From Euglena gracilis (Eukaryota), in assembly GCA_039621445.1 (NCBI GenBank), contig CP154954.1, positions 41,657,572-41,721,571 of the forward strand: DNA of 64,000 nucleotides, in the 5' to 3' direction. Shown one piece after another: positions 52,914-64,000 of this stretch. The notes beneath the pieces are model-generated. The model was given only the letters and a program-made list of their open reading frames with translations. It was not told the DNA's origin and did not search any database. How positions within the stretch are numbered: position 1 is the stretch's first letter; every line of letters begins with the position of its first letter. The position numbers and the translations under genes are program-made.

Positions 52914-53020
52914 GAGGACAATGAAGCGGCTGTCATGTCGTTAACCAAGCTGGCCGACCACCTTTCTCGCCAGCGAACAGCAGCCCGGCTTCCTCCAGCA
53001 AAACAGATGCCAGACAGGCA
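52914..53020 (+). CDS. Probable next exon of the CCCH gene (EDNEAAVMSLTKLADHLSRQR...; 3' end uncertain)
   Basis: In-frame continuation after removal of 52238-52913. Confidence 0.65.
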
Positions 53021-53613
53021 ACCTCAATGGGGGGCAAACTTGTAATGTCGTTTCAAAAAGGGTCCGTCCTTGGCTTCTTTTTGTCCTCAGTTGATGGAAA
53101 CTTTTATTTATTTATTCAATGAAAGATTCAATGAAAGAAAGAGCACAGGACTTTCTGGACCTAAAAAAAATAACACAGATCGCCATTTGTTTTTTTTCTT
53201 TCAAAAGGGGCAAAAAATGGCCTAAAATTATTATTTTTGGCTGTTTGAGGTATTTTTGGATTTGACCTGGGTTTTTGACTCAAAAAAGTTCCAACCCAAC
53301 TGGACTGGGCCAAAAGAAAATGCTTTTTCCAAAAAAAAATCCGAAAATGTGAAGAAAAATCAATTCTGGCTGTAAGTTCCAACACCTTCTGTATGAGGTG
53401 CCCACCAAATCAGGTATCAGAAGAGTGTGTCGTGGAATTTTTATTTTTTCCACGGTCTCTGGTCGTCTATTGCGCCTTTTGACACTGTTTAGAGTAGGAA
53501 ACCCCTAGAGGAGGGTGTAAAAAGTGGGGTGTAGGGTGTAAGGGTGCAAGGAGGGTGTGAGGGGTTTCGGTGGAGGGGTGCCCTCCTCCTGGACCAGGTG
53601 AGAGGGCGGACAC

Positions 53614-53928
53614 CAGGCTTGTGCTTAGTCGGGTGCCTACCCCACGGAGGGGGGAGGGGTGCTAGGGGCAGGCACCCCATAGCACCCGATCCGACCCCCC
53701 CCCCCCGGGCGTAGGGTTTTGGGGGGTGCCTGCCCCTAGCAGGCAACCCCCTCCCAGCCCGGCGCCGAAGGCGCCGGGGGCCCGGAAAAGGCCATTTTCA
53801 ATGAAAATTTTCTGGGTCCGGCCCGGACCCCTATCCCCCCCCCCCCGGGGGGGGGTGTGCCTGCTAGGGGCAGGCACCCTATAGCACCCACCCCCCCCTC
53901 CCCCCCCCGGTTGGTAAGCACAAGCATG
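53614..53928. mobile_element. hAT-like MITE (CAGGCTTGTGCTTA family)
   Basis: TIR as above; TSD gcggacac. Confidence 0.92.
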
Positions 53929-54300
53929 GCGGACACCCCCTGTCTTGAAAAACCCTGCCCGGGACCCACCCCAAAAGGTCTTTTCCTTCCGTTTTTTTCC
54001 CCCTTCTGGTGCTTTCCACCGAAAATTTTTCGCATTTTTGACAGTTTTTTTCCCCCAAAAGTCTCCAAAATAGCATTCTGCAGATTTTGGGAGGTGAATA
54101 TTTTCGGTCACCTCATCGACCCCCCACCTGCCGTTGTATCGAACCCTGGTCCACCCTGGCAGCCGGTGGGATCCTGCACCCCCCCCCCCCCGGGTTGCAC
54201 CAGCACCTTTTTTCAACCCCTCAGCTCGCACAGAAAAAATGGCTTGAACTCAGCATTCCTTTTTTTTGGTGAGCCAACAGCAGATTTGCACCCTGTCGCA

Positions 54301-54427
54301 ACCACAGATGGGCATCTGGCCTAACTCGAGCCCTCTCTCCCACGCGGCGTATGCCCCTGCCGCGCCCAGGCAGACCCAAGTGCCAATGTTTGGGTTTGAA
54401 AGCCCTGGCTTGGCCCGAGGTATCTTC
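54301..54427 (+). CDS. Possible third exon of the CCCH gene (QPQMGIWPNSSPLSHAAYAPAAPRQ...)
   Basis: Preceded by CTG-N5; residual repeat aggcaacc/tcgcaacc with the end of the previous exon; frame-compatible; followed by CAGGG. Confidence 0.4.
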
Positions 54428-57400
54428 CGCCAGGGTGACTCCCGGAATTTCTTGGGAAAAAATCAACGCCATGATGAGGCCCTTTTGAGGAATTTTTTGA
54501 CTCTTGGGTGCTTGGGCAGGGAATGAGTGGAGTGGAATGAGTGGAATGAATGAGTGGAGTGAGCGAAGCTGCGATTTTGGCTTTGGGTTTCGGTTCTCTC
54601 GGGTCACATTCAGTTGGTTCAAATGCAGGGGTGGGGAATTGATAACCACAATTTTCCCGCAATTTCTGCAGTTGTCCACCATTTTTGAAGCTTTTCCACA
54701 ATTTTTCCGCATGAACCTGAAACGGATGGCGAAGTGAGTTCCGGCCATGCCTTGAGCGTTTCATGAGGGAACCCTGGTGCATTTTTTTGATATTTTGTTG
54801 CCAATTTGCCAAAGTTTGCCAATTTTTACAAATTATTTATAATTATTTCTGAAATCAGTGTGTTCCAGAAAGTACAAAATCCTTTGTCTGGGTTTTTTGT
54901 TGGAAAAAGTGTCAATAACATCTCAAAGCAATCACCAATTTGACAAAAATAGCTGCAATTCCCACAATTTTCCCTCTGTTTTCCCCCACACATTTTTCCT
55001 CTTTCTTTTCCCGCAGTTTTCCTGCAATTTTTCTCAAGGCTTCCCTGGAAAATGAAGGGTAAAAAGGCTTCCCTGCAAAATGGGTCACCACCATCCTTTT
55101 CAAGGTTGGATGCCCGTTGCGAGTCCTCCTCCTGCAATGAGGGTTATCTGGATGAGGGTCATCTGGTGTTCACCCCAAGGTGGCTTCCGCTTCCAGCTCT
55201 GATTATTTATGAAATCCTCACAACACGTTCGTTATCAAACGGAGTTCAAATTTGACAAGTTAATCATTGTGGGCAGCCTGTTTTTATTGAGGTTGTTTTT
55301 TTGTTTGCTTTTTTAAAATTTGACAATATTAAAAAAACAAAAAAACGCCCATGAGGTTTTGCACAAAAAAATTTTATATGTTTATTTTCAATCATTTTGG
55401 CAACCTCTGGGTATTTTCTGCCAAAAACTCATTTCCACAAACATGAAAAACGTCATAAAATTGCATTTTTTCTGCATTTTGACCCATGTTTTGGCAGTTT
55501 TTGAACTTAGTAGGATTCAAAGTATCTTATCTTAAAGAGTATGGTTTGGGTGTTTCATAACGAGTTTTTTCAAAGAAATTTCCCTTTTGTCTTTTTAATG
55601 GTTTTTTTTGGTGTTTTTTCTTCTTCAAGAAACACATTGTTTTTTTTAAAAAATGCCCACTATGAAGTCAACAGGTCGAGAGGATTGGGGGGACTGCTAC
55701 CTGAGAATTGGCAATCCAGAGATGTGTTTCCCTTGGGGGTTGGTATGTGGGATGCCGTCAGGTGATATCCTGAGCGGAGGTCAGCACACCAGTCCTTTTG
55801 ATGTACATTGGAATCCCCATTTCACATTTCATCCTTTTGCTGCAAATGATGGAGGTGGATTGAGCGTCTGCGAAGCGGTGTAATGTTGGGTTTCTTTTTT
55901 TTTTGAACAAGGCATCTTCTCATTTTGGTGGTTTTTTATTCTGTGAGGTTTTGGTTCAGGTCCTCCCCCAGCGATCCCCCCAGCACTTTTTTTTAATTTG
56001 GTTTTCGTCGAAACAGATGGAACTCATTTTGGTCCGACCCTTTTTTAAAGAAATTGGTTCAAATGCATAATATCAAATGGATGAGGTGTGTGAGATTTTT
56101 TTTAAGGACCCGGGGGGGGGGTCGGCACCAAACCAGCCCCTGGGGTGGGACAGGGGATTTGGGGGTCAATTTTGTCCCAAAAATGTTAGTTCTTCGCACT
56201 GAAAAAAAAGAGGGACCCCCATCCATCGTGGGGTGGGCTGAGCTGGGACCCCTCCCGCCGTGAAAAATAATTTAATAAAAAATAATAATGATTCCTTGAG
56301 ATCCACCCAATGGATGACGCAATGCGTTCTGATAATTCGTCAAATGGGTCTCAAGGCAGGGGAGGGCACAAGCGCCTTTTCTGCATTTGTGTATTTTTTG
56401 ATTTTTGGCGGAATTTGCCAGGGGCTGTACAGAACTGTGTGTGGGGGGGGGGGGTCAGGGCGGTCCTTTGAAACCGGAAGGGTCAGGAAAGTTTTTTTTC
56501 GTTTTCTTAAGGACTGCCCCCCCCCTTTCTGCCGACCAAGGGCTGGACTGGGACTTGAACGGGGTCAAAAACTCAAAAGCCGAAATGCACATTTTTTGAT
56601 GATTTGGGTGGATGGGCGATAGTCCAAGGATGCCAGGGATTATTTTTTTCCTGGTGTCGACCTCTTCTTGCCGGAAAATACCAATTTTTCTTGCCCACTT
56701 CCCTGGTTTTTTTTCCATTGACTGTGCTGGAACAGCGGAGTTTTTTTTTTTTTAATTTTGTAAAGGACCGCTGTGGGGTGGGGTCCCCCCCCCCAGGGAT
56801 GGATGGGAAGCCCTTCGGTATTGAGGTAGGTGGTAGGGGGGGGGTCCCCACCACCCCCCTGGGGGGATAAGGTGGTAGGGGGGGGCGGACCACCCCTCCT
56901 TAACAGGTGCCAAAAATAGCAGAAAATTTTCTTCCGGCGCACAGCGCCGGAAAATGAGCAAAACCCCCCCTTTTGCTGACTTTTGGACATATTGCCCACT
57001 TTTTGACGTGTTGGTGTTCCCCCCCCCAAAAAAATGTTCAAAAAATTTCAAAAATGAGCATTTTTGGATTGATTTTCAAAGAAAAATCAGGGATTTTTGA
57101 CCGATTTCAAACAGATTTCCGGCCCTTTGCCCGTCCATGAAATCGAAAAATTTTCGGCCCTCCCTCAGTTTCGAGTAGGAGGGGGGGGGGTCCGACCCTC
57201 AAGGCTTCCCATCCATCCCTGGCCCCCCACCAGGCCTTTCCATTTTTCTGGGGGGTGCCGATTTCTACGCCAAACTTTTCCCTCAGCTCCCCTATGATTT
57301 TTTTTGTTCCCAAGGGGACCCTTCGTGCCAAGTTTGCCCCTCCCCCCCAGTTCTGCTGGGAATTTTTTTTCAACTTGGAAAAAATTGGCACTTTGAGCCT

Positions 57401-58265
57401 GAGGTGATTTTTTCCTCTTCAGTGGAAATGTGTTCTCAGTATGAGCTTTTCTGCAGTCATCCATAATTTTCTTGAAGGTTCCAATGTCATCCCACCCAAC
57501 TCACCACAGCCCCCATACCTCCTTCCTTTGCCCGCTAACCACCCATGAACAACGACCACCCCCCAGTTGGGGGATACAGTTTCGGGGGTACATACGACCA
57601 CCCTGGCCGGGGTTGTAGGTGGCTTTGAAAACTGGGTTGTTTTTTTGTTTTTGTACTCAGCCGTCCGACCACCCCCTGGTCGGGGGTGGTGGGTTGGGTG
57701 GCGTGTATGACCCCCCCCCCCGGTCAGGGGTCATAGGAACCCGGTCGGTGGGCAAAGGGGGGGGTACATGAGCCCTGGGTGTTCACATGTCAGTGTGCCA
57801 TTTTGAAGAGTCGGACAAAGGGTGCTCCCGCATTTTTTAAAGTATTTTGCGCCTTCTGTTGTAGAGCGGCACCCGTTGGGTCCTTTTTACAGCGTTCCCG
57901 CCGAACGCTGACCACTCCCCTCTCTGCCGTCTGTAATGAGCCCAACATTCAGTTTTCTCAAACCCAGGGCTGTTATCTTCCCTCACAGTTTAGCCTCATA
58001 TTCCTTTTTAACGATCATGTGGAAACTTGGCCTCCTTCAAAGTTGGTTCCTCACCCAGAGGCCAGATATATTTATGGCTGTTGATGCCCCAAGGCTGCAT
58101 AATTCTTTTGAAGAATTGCAGACAAGGCTTGCTGTTGAAAACCTTCAATATGCCACAGAAGCAACAATATTGCATATCAATTTATCATTTCAAAAAATTA
58201 CCATATCAATGAAGGGTTGCATCAAATTCTCGAAATTTGATGTGCAACAGTTTTCTTGCAACAAT

Positions 58266-58897
58266 CAGTCCATTGCTTAAGGGTTCACAGCAGGCTTCTT
58301 TTTAAGTCACCTGACCCCCCCCCCCCCCCCCGGGGGGGGGGGGGGGGGGGGGGGGTGGGTCGGGGCCCCCCCCCCCCCCCCCCGGGGGGGGGGGGTCCCG
58401 CGCCGGAGGCGCTGGGTATACCTTTTCGGCGCGAAGTGCCGAAAATTTTTGAAAATTGCCTTTAACGGGCCCGATTTTGGGGGGGTCCCCGGACCCCCCC
58501 CCCTTTGGGGGGGGTCCCGCGCCACCCTGGGTGGGTGGGGGGGACCCCCCCCCTCCCCCCCCCCGGGGGACTTAAAAAGAAGCCTGGTTCACAGTAGGCC
58601 AAATTTGGCGAGCGAAATCCCAATGACCTCCCTGGAGGGGGTCCGCTAGCAATTTTTACAGTGACCGGCGCGAAGTGCCGCAATTTTTTGGAGGACTCCC
58701 AAAACCTGCCAAACAGGCCCATTTTTGGCCATTTTTGGGATTTTTGCAAAATCAGCCAAAAAATGTATTAAAAACTTCATTTCTTTCCTGGAGAAAAAAT
58801 TTTTCCTGGGGGGGGGTGGCTGGTCTAGCTCCTTTTTTCCAGTGTCTAGTGAAATGGCTAACCAGTGACCCTCCTGGGGACCTTAAGCAATAGCCTG
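58266..58897. mobile_element. hAT-like MITE with a nested hAT-like MITE (58291-58586)
   Basis: Outer TSD gcaacaat, TIR cagtccattgcttaagg/ccttaagcaatagcctg; inner TSD gttcacag, TIR caggcttctttttaagtc/gacttaaaaagaagcctg. Confidence 0.9.
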
Positions 58898-58944
58898 GCA
58901 ACAATGCATAGACCAAGAATGTGTTATTTTCAATGTATACAGAT

Positions 58945-59330
58945 ACAGGGGCATTTCGCATTTTTTCGCATTTTTTGCGCATTTTTTCAAATTTTCCAAA
59001 ATGCGCATTTTTTTCGCATTTTTTGCGCATTCTTTCATTTTTTTCAGCGCATTTTTTTGCTTTTTGGCACATTTTTTCGTGATTTTCCAAAATTTTCGCA
59101 TTTTTTGACCATTTTTGCAATTTTTTTGCAAAAATTTGAAATTTTCGACTTTTTTTGAATCTTACATTTTCCTCATTATTCTACATAATTTCTTCAAATT
59201 TGGTGCCATTTTTGCATGGTTTTGGGTAATTTTTTTTTGCATTTTTTTTGCGCATTTTTTTTTGCGCATTTTTGCGCATTTTTGCGCATTTTTTTCCGAG
59301 GCCGGGCGAGCGCATTCCCCCCCCCCCCTG
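58945..59330. mobile_element. Degenerate MITE rich in GCGCATTTTT repeats; relative at about 47620-47840
   Basis: Shared 3' end agcgcattccccccccctg; partial TSD cagata. Confidence 0.55.
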
Positions 59331-59477
59331 CAGATATGTGCACAGATATTCATGCATAATATGAAATTCCAGGTGACAAAAGTTGTGATCCGAACAGGGA
59401 CCAGGACGTTTGTTAGATTGGGGGGGAGCAGGTGTGGACGTGCGTACCTATTGCACACATACCTCCCTCCCTCCATT

Positions 59478-59755
59478 GGAAACTGTCAGGGGCCTGTCAG
59501 TCATCCGTCCTGCTCGTGAAACTGTCAGGGTCCCCGTGCCAACCTGTCAGTCTTTTTTGAAAATGCCCACCTTCAAAGGCCCCCCTCTGTCAACTGTCAT
59601 GTCCCAATGCCCTTTAACTGTCCGGGTGCCCCACCCTCCCTGTCAGGTCCTGGCACCCGTTGCCGAACCTGTCATTGCTGACAATCCAGGCACCTGTCAG
59701 GTGTTCCCCCATGTCAGGTGCTTTGCTGTCATGTTGCCCCCTGCCTTTGTCAGTG
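59478..59755. repeat. Degenerate repeats with (A/C)CTGTCAGG core
   Basis: About 10 spaced ctgtca motifs. Confidence 0.6.
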
Positions 59756-62700
59756 GAATCACCCTGTTTCTGACCAATTCTTTTTTCCTGATCACCAAAA
59801 TGCCCCACCCCAATTGCTTTGGCCACCTAACTGCCATGTCTTGTGGCCAACCCATGATGAAGCTGTCAGGGTCCTCAGCACTGGGCCGTTGTTGCAGTTT
59901 CCCAGGCGGACACATGCAGTAATAAAAGGGCTCCAATTGACAATCCCCATGAAAGTCAAAGGGATTTCCTTCAGTGGCGTGCAGCCATTTTGTATTCAAA
60001 CTCAAGTGAGAAGGGGGCAATAAGGGGCCTAAATTGGTTTTTATTTTCAAAGTCACCCCAAAGGGATCTTCAGGCCAGGGACGGCCAACGGCCGATCCAG
60101 GGATCGAACGGGGTCAAAAATTAAGAAGTCGAGTGCAGTTTTATATTTTGGGTGGACGATGTGTGTGAAGGCCTAGCCTTTTCCCCCGAAAAGACACATT
60201 TTTTTTTTTCCAAAATATGATTTTTTTCCAAACATTTTTTTTTTTTTCATTGAGATTTTTTTTTTTTACCTCAAGGAGCGCCATGGGGAATTTACAGAAA
60301 ACCCTGAGGGTGGGGGTTACAGCCTTAAGGTAGGCACCATGTTCTGAGACAGGGGCAAGGGCAGGGGATAAGAAAATGTCGCCCTAAATTTTTGGTTTTA
60401 TTTTCACTTCAACCAAAGCCCACCCCCACCCCAACCCGATCCTTGATCGACACTCAAAATTGTCGAAAAGTTCTTTTCCATTGGGTGGATGGACGATTGT
60501 ATGCAGAATAGTTTTCCCCCCATCGACACATGCCACCACCAAACCCTTGTTTTTTTCATTGTGTGTTGAGACACCTCAAGGAGCGCCATGGGGAATTTAC
60601 AGAAATCCCAAAACCCTGAGGGTGGGGGTGGGGGGGGTTTAGAGCCCTCACAGGAGGTGAAATTTGAGAGCTGCTAGTGAGAAATAATTGAAAATTGTCG
60701 CCCTAAATTTTTGGTTTTCCCAAGCATTCAGTTATCACTGTCAACCATTGTCCCCCCCCCCACATTCTCTTAAACACCCTTCCACCCCCCTACATTGGCC
60801 TGTGTTCTTTTCTGATCCATTCTAACAGAAGTTTGGACCGCCATTCATCTGTACAGCACCGTTCCACCCACCCCCATCACCCCTTGGCAAGCCTTCTGTG
60901 GCTGCTTTGAGACCAGCACCTCCACCCAGTCAGAACCCCCCCCTTAGATCTGCTGGCAGGGATTGATACCTTCACGGTGTCTCCCTGGCACATTGTGGCA
61001 CATTGCCGAAGTGCCTGAGCATTTCTGGCAGGCCCCATGTTCCAACTTGGTCAAATACCAGAAATGATAGTGATTTTTGAAGGCCTAATGGCACTCTCTT
61101 TCACCCTGGCAGGGATTGAAAATTCCAATACCTTCACACGGGTGTAGACTGTCCACTGGGATCCCAGTGAACGTTCAACAGAGTTTGGATTCCCAGGGGA
61201 AGATTATGGGTCCATCTGGCTGCCAAGGCTTGTGCCATTGCGCAATGGCGGTGCTGTCAGGGACATTGGCAGGCACGCTTTTGGCTGAACTGGAAATATT
61301 GGAGTGTGCTGCCTGTGCTCCTGTAGTGTAGTCCCAGCAGGGGCAGGAGGGCAGTTGGCATCTTTTTTATCATTTGTTCATTTCTTGTGGCGGCTATATA
61401 CATATTCAGGCAAAGTAATATCGAATTGTCACTTGAGCTTAAGGAAATTTTGGGCCTCAACACTTCATTTCTTTAGAAAAAAGTATAAATTCAACAAAAA
61501 AAAAACTCTAAAAAACAAGCTAGTTGGGGTCAACCAGCGGCCGTAGTGGTTGATCCAGAACTTGGTTTTTGGGGGGGAAATGTCTGATGCCACAATGCCC
61601 ATTTATCGGCCCATAATTCAAAAATCTTCTTCCTCAGGCGGAAAACTGCTCAAAGTGCAACAATTCTTGAAGTCAAAATCACACGTTTGCATGGATCGGG
61701 ATGTCAATTCTTCCGCAATGACTCCAGGGTCAATTCAGGGGCCGGAAGTGTTTTGGTTCTGGCTGCCCTCTGCCCCTGGCCGTTCTCGCTTTTGGGCAGT
61801 CGTCCCCTGTCTATTTCATACCGCTCTGTAGCTCCCACTTGTCCCCCAGCCGGTGCACATCCTGGGAAGTCAACAGTCAAGTTCAGGTCGGTCAGGTTCT
61901 AGGGGGGAGACCGGGGGGGGGGTCCAAAAGTCAACCAGATCCGGATTACTCACCTCCTGGGGTTTTGGCCTCACGCTCGAATCTGCAGTAACCATCATAT
62001 GCTTGTTCTGGACCTTGGCATCAACTTTGTTTGTTTTTTTTTTACTATTTCCGCAAATTTCCGAAAATTATTCTGCAAAATGTCGCAATTTCGCAACAGT
62101 GATTGTTTAAAGTCTCCATCCATATCCTTCCTGATCTGTGTACATTTGCTTAAAAAATTCTGATCAAAAATGCTACATTCCACATCATGGATGCATTTCT
62201 CTGATGTAAAGAAGTCAATAAATCCACCATTGGGCACCATTGGGCATTGCATGCATTGTTTGGCACCGGTTGCCTCTTGTTGACTTAACCCCCAATTAGA
62301 AGCCCCCCGGATTTCACTCTGCGGAAAACCCGAGTGGGGTGCGCCACGGGTCAGGTTTTTGCCGGCCAAAGGCCAGGCCGGAAAATTTTTTTCCAGCATT
62401 TTCGGTCGACGTTGGCTGGGTTTTGGGTGGCTGGGTGGGTGGGTGGTGTTGACCCCCCCCCCGGAGTTGTGGGTGGGTGGTTTTTTTTTTGGTGGTTTTG
62501 GTTTTCAAAAAGTGGGTGGGTGGGTTTGGGTCCCATCCAAGGGGGGGTCACCAAGTGTCTCTATGGTCCCAACCACTCCTCCTGACCCTTGGTCTGGACA
62601 GAGTCCTTGACATAGCAAAACGTGGTTTGCCCAGTTGTTGTGCCCTTGCCTGGTTTCCATGGGAATGTGCATGGTTGCTGGAACCCAATGTGCATTGCCT

Positions 62701-63341
62701 TGGCAATGATGCAGGAAGTTCCCATTTGGGTGGTTTGGTTTGATTTGACGAACCAGCAGGTTGCAAGGTTAGGGTCAGTGTTTGCCCCCAATGGGATTGG
62801 GGCACTGGCTGGTGTCTTTCAACCCTGCAGCACGGTTGCCTCACACTCCTCCAGGCTTGCGTTGTAGAAAGGAATGGTTGCTGATTCTCTTTTACCCACT
62901 GGCAAAAAAATGGGCATTCCATCCTCTGGTAATGAGCAGACATGTTTTTGCCATGGGATGAAGTCTTTTGTAATCCAATGCCACTGCACTTATTTTTCCC
63001 CCTTTTGTGATCCGCAAAAAAAATTATCTGTGACTCGGTAAACGTTTGTCATGTGCTCCGGAGCGGTTTCATTTGCAGCCCAGCCCTCAGGAACAATTTG
63101 CTGATTTTGCCCTTTTGAAACAGACTCAAAAATTGCTCAAGAAGGTAAAGAAACTGGGCTCCAATTGTGGATTTCAGTTCTTTTTGGCATTTGCAAATAG
63201 TGTTCAACAACAAGTCTATTCTTTTTTTTTTGCAGCGGTTCACCAAACTTTGTCGGCATCGTTGGCAAATGGAACTCGTGAGGGAACAAGCGGAAGAGGA
63301 ACTCCTGAGGGGGAAACTGCCGCAAATGGTGGAAGGGGCAA

Positions 63342-63446
63342 TACACACACACACACACATACACACATATATGTACATGCATATGGATTGTATGTATGCA
63401 TGTATATGTATGTATGTACACACACATATATATATATTATGTGTGT
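63342..63446. repeat. Compound (CA)/(TA)/(TATG) microsatellite
   Basis: Directly visible. Confidence 0.9.
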
Positions 63447-64000
63447 TTTTGGCAAGTGTACCCTTTGATACCCCCTTTGACCTGGAGGGGATTTTTGGGT
63501 TATTGAAAGAACAGGGTTGGGGTCAGCCTTGGGCTCTTAGACCTAATTTATAGATTAGTGTTAGGCCTGCGCATGAGTCTAAACTTAGGCCCAACCCTCA
63601 TCCTATTCCTTCAAAAACCCAAAAATCTGCTCTGGGGGGTACCAAAGGGACCCTGGCTTGAGACTGGACAGCTGGGAAAGGTTGGTTGTTCTTCTTCTTA
63701 GGTCTCAAAGTGGGCCTAGCCTCCGAACGGCCCCATCCGTCACTTGCGACGCTATTCCGCCACTATAAGGGTGACAGGGGGTGTCATATGCCTGGCTGGG
63801 CCGGCCAGGGCTTGTCTGCGTGACGTCGCTCCGCACAACAAAACACGGGGAACCGGTGGGTAGTGTCTGGCTCAGACACCGTCCCTCCCTGCCCTACCCC
63901 GGGGCCCATATGTGCAAATGCCAAACCAACCCCGGTGGGAGTCGCTTCCACACCAGCGGAACGCTGTCCTCGCTGCCCCCTGCAGTCCACTCTGTATGAT

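Noticed and set aside
57936-63553. Protein-like short ORFs (57936-58280, 62548-62943, 63046-63553) as further exons or a tyrosine recombinase
   Set aside because: No diagnostic motifs or supportable splice boundaries; the frame at 58265 hits a stop right after MITE removal
1-64000. rRNA, tRNA or spliced-leader RNA genes; prokaryotic operons
   Set aside because: None recognised by eye; a covariance-model search would be needed to exclude small RNAs

Overview
Repeat-dense eukaryotic nuclear DNA, probably from a euglenid. This is inferred from TTAGGG-type repeats, short GT-AG introns, a polypyrimidine-AG directly before an ATG, and stem-forming non-GT-AG introns; it was not verified by search. 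Almost the whole window is nested transposable-element debris: (1) a DIRS-like RT/RNase H remnant split by three insertions, one an 8.7-kb 9-bp-TSD foldback element carrying an 8.1-kb satellite; (2) a cluster of TA-flanked MITEs and a head-to-head telomere-like foldback; (3) four tandem ~4.4-kb units with a degenerate LINE RT-RNase H; (4) a 4.9-kb pogo-type DD35D transposon with an intron-containing transposase, interrupted by a Ty3/Gypsy pol fragment; (5) exons of a host CCCH zinc-finger gene near 52-54 kb. The main observation is a set of at least 16 distinct hAT-like MITE insertion sites, mostly CAG...CTG termini with 8-bp TSDs. Their geometry matches euglenid nonconventional introns (CAG at +4..+6, CTG at -8..-6; 3+5 nt = one TSD), so splicing would remove them without a scar. 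One degenerate copy appears to be an intron of the CCCH gene and another sits in frame within the pogo transposase. No RNA data are available, so splicing is inferred. Coordinates were read by eye and may be off by a few bases.
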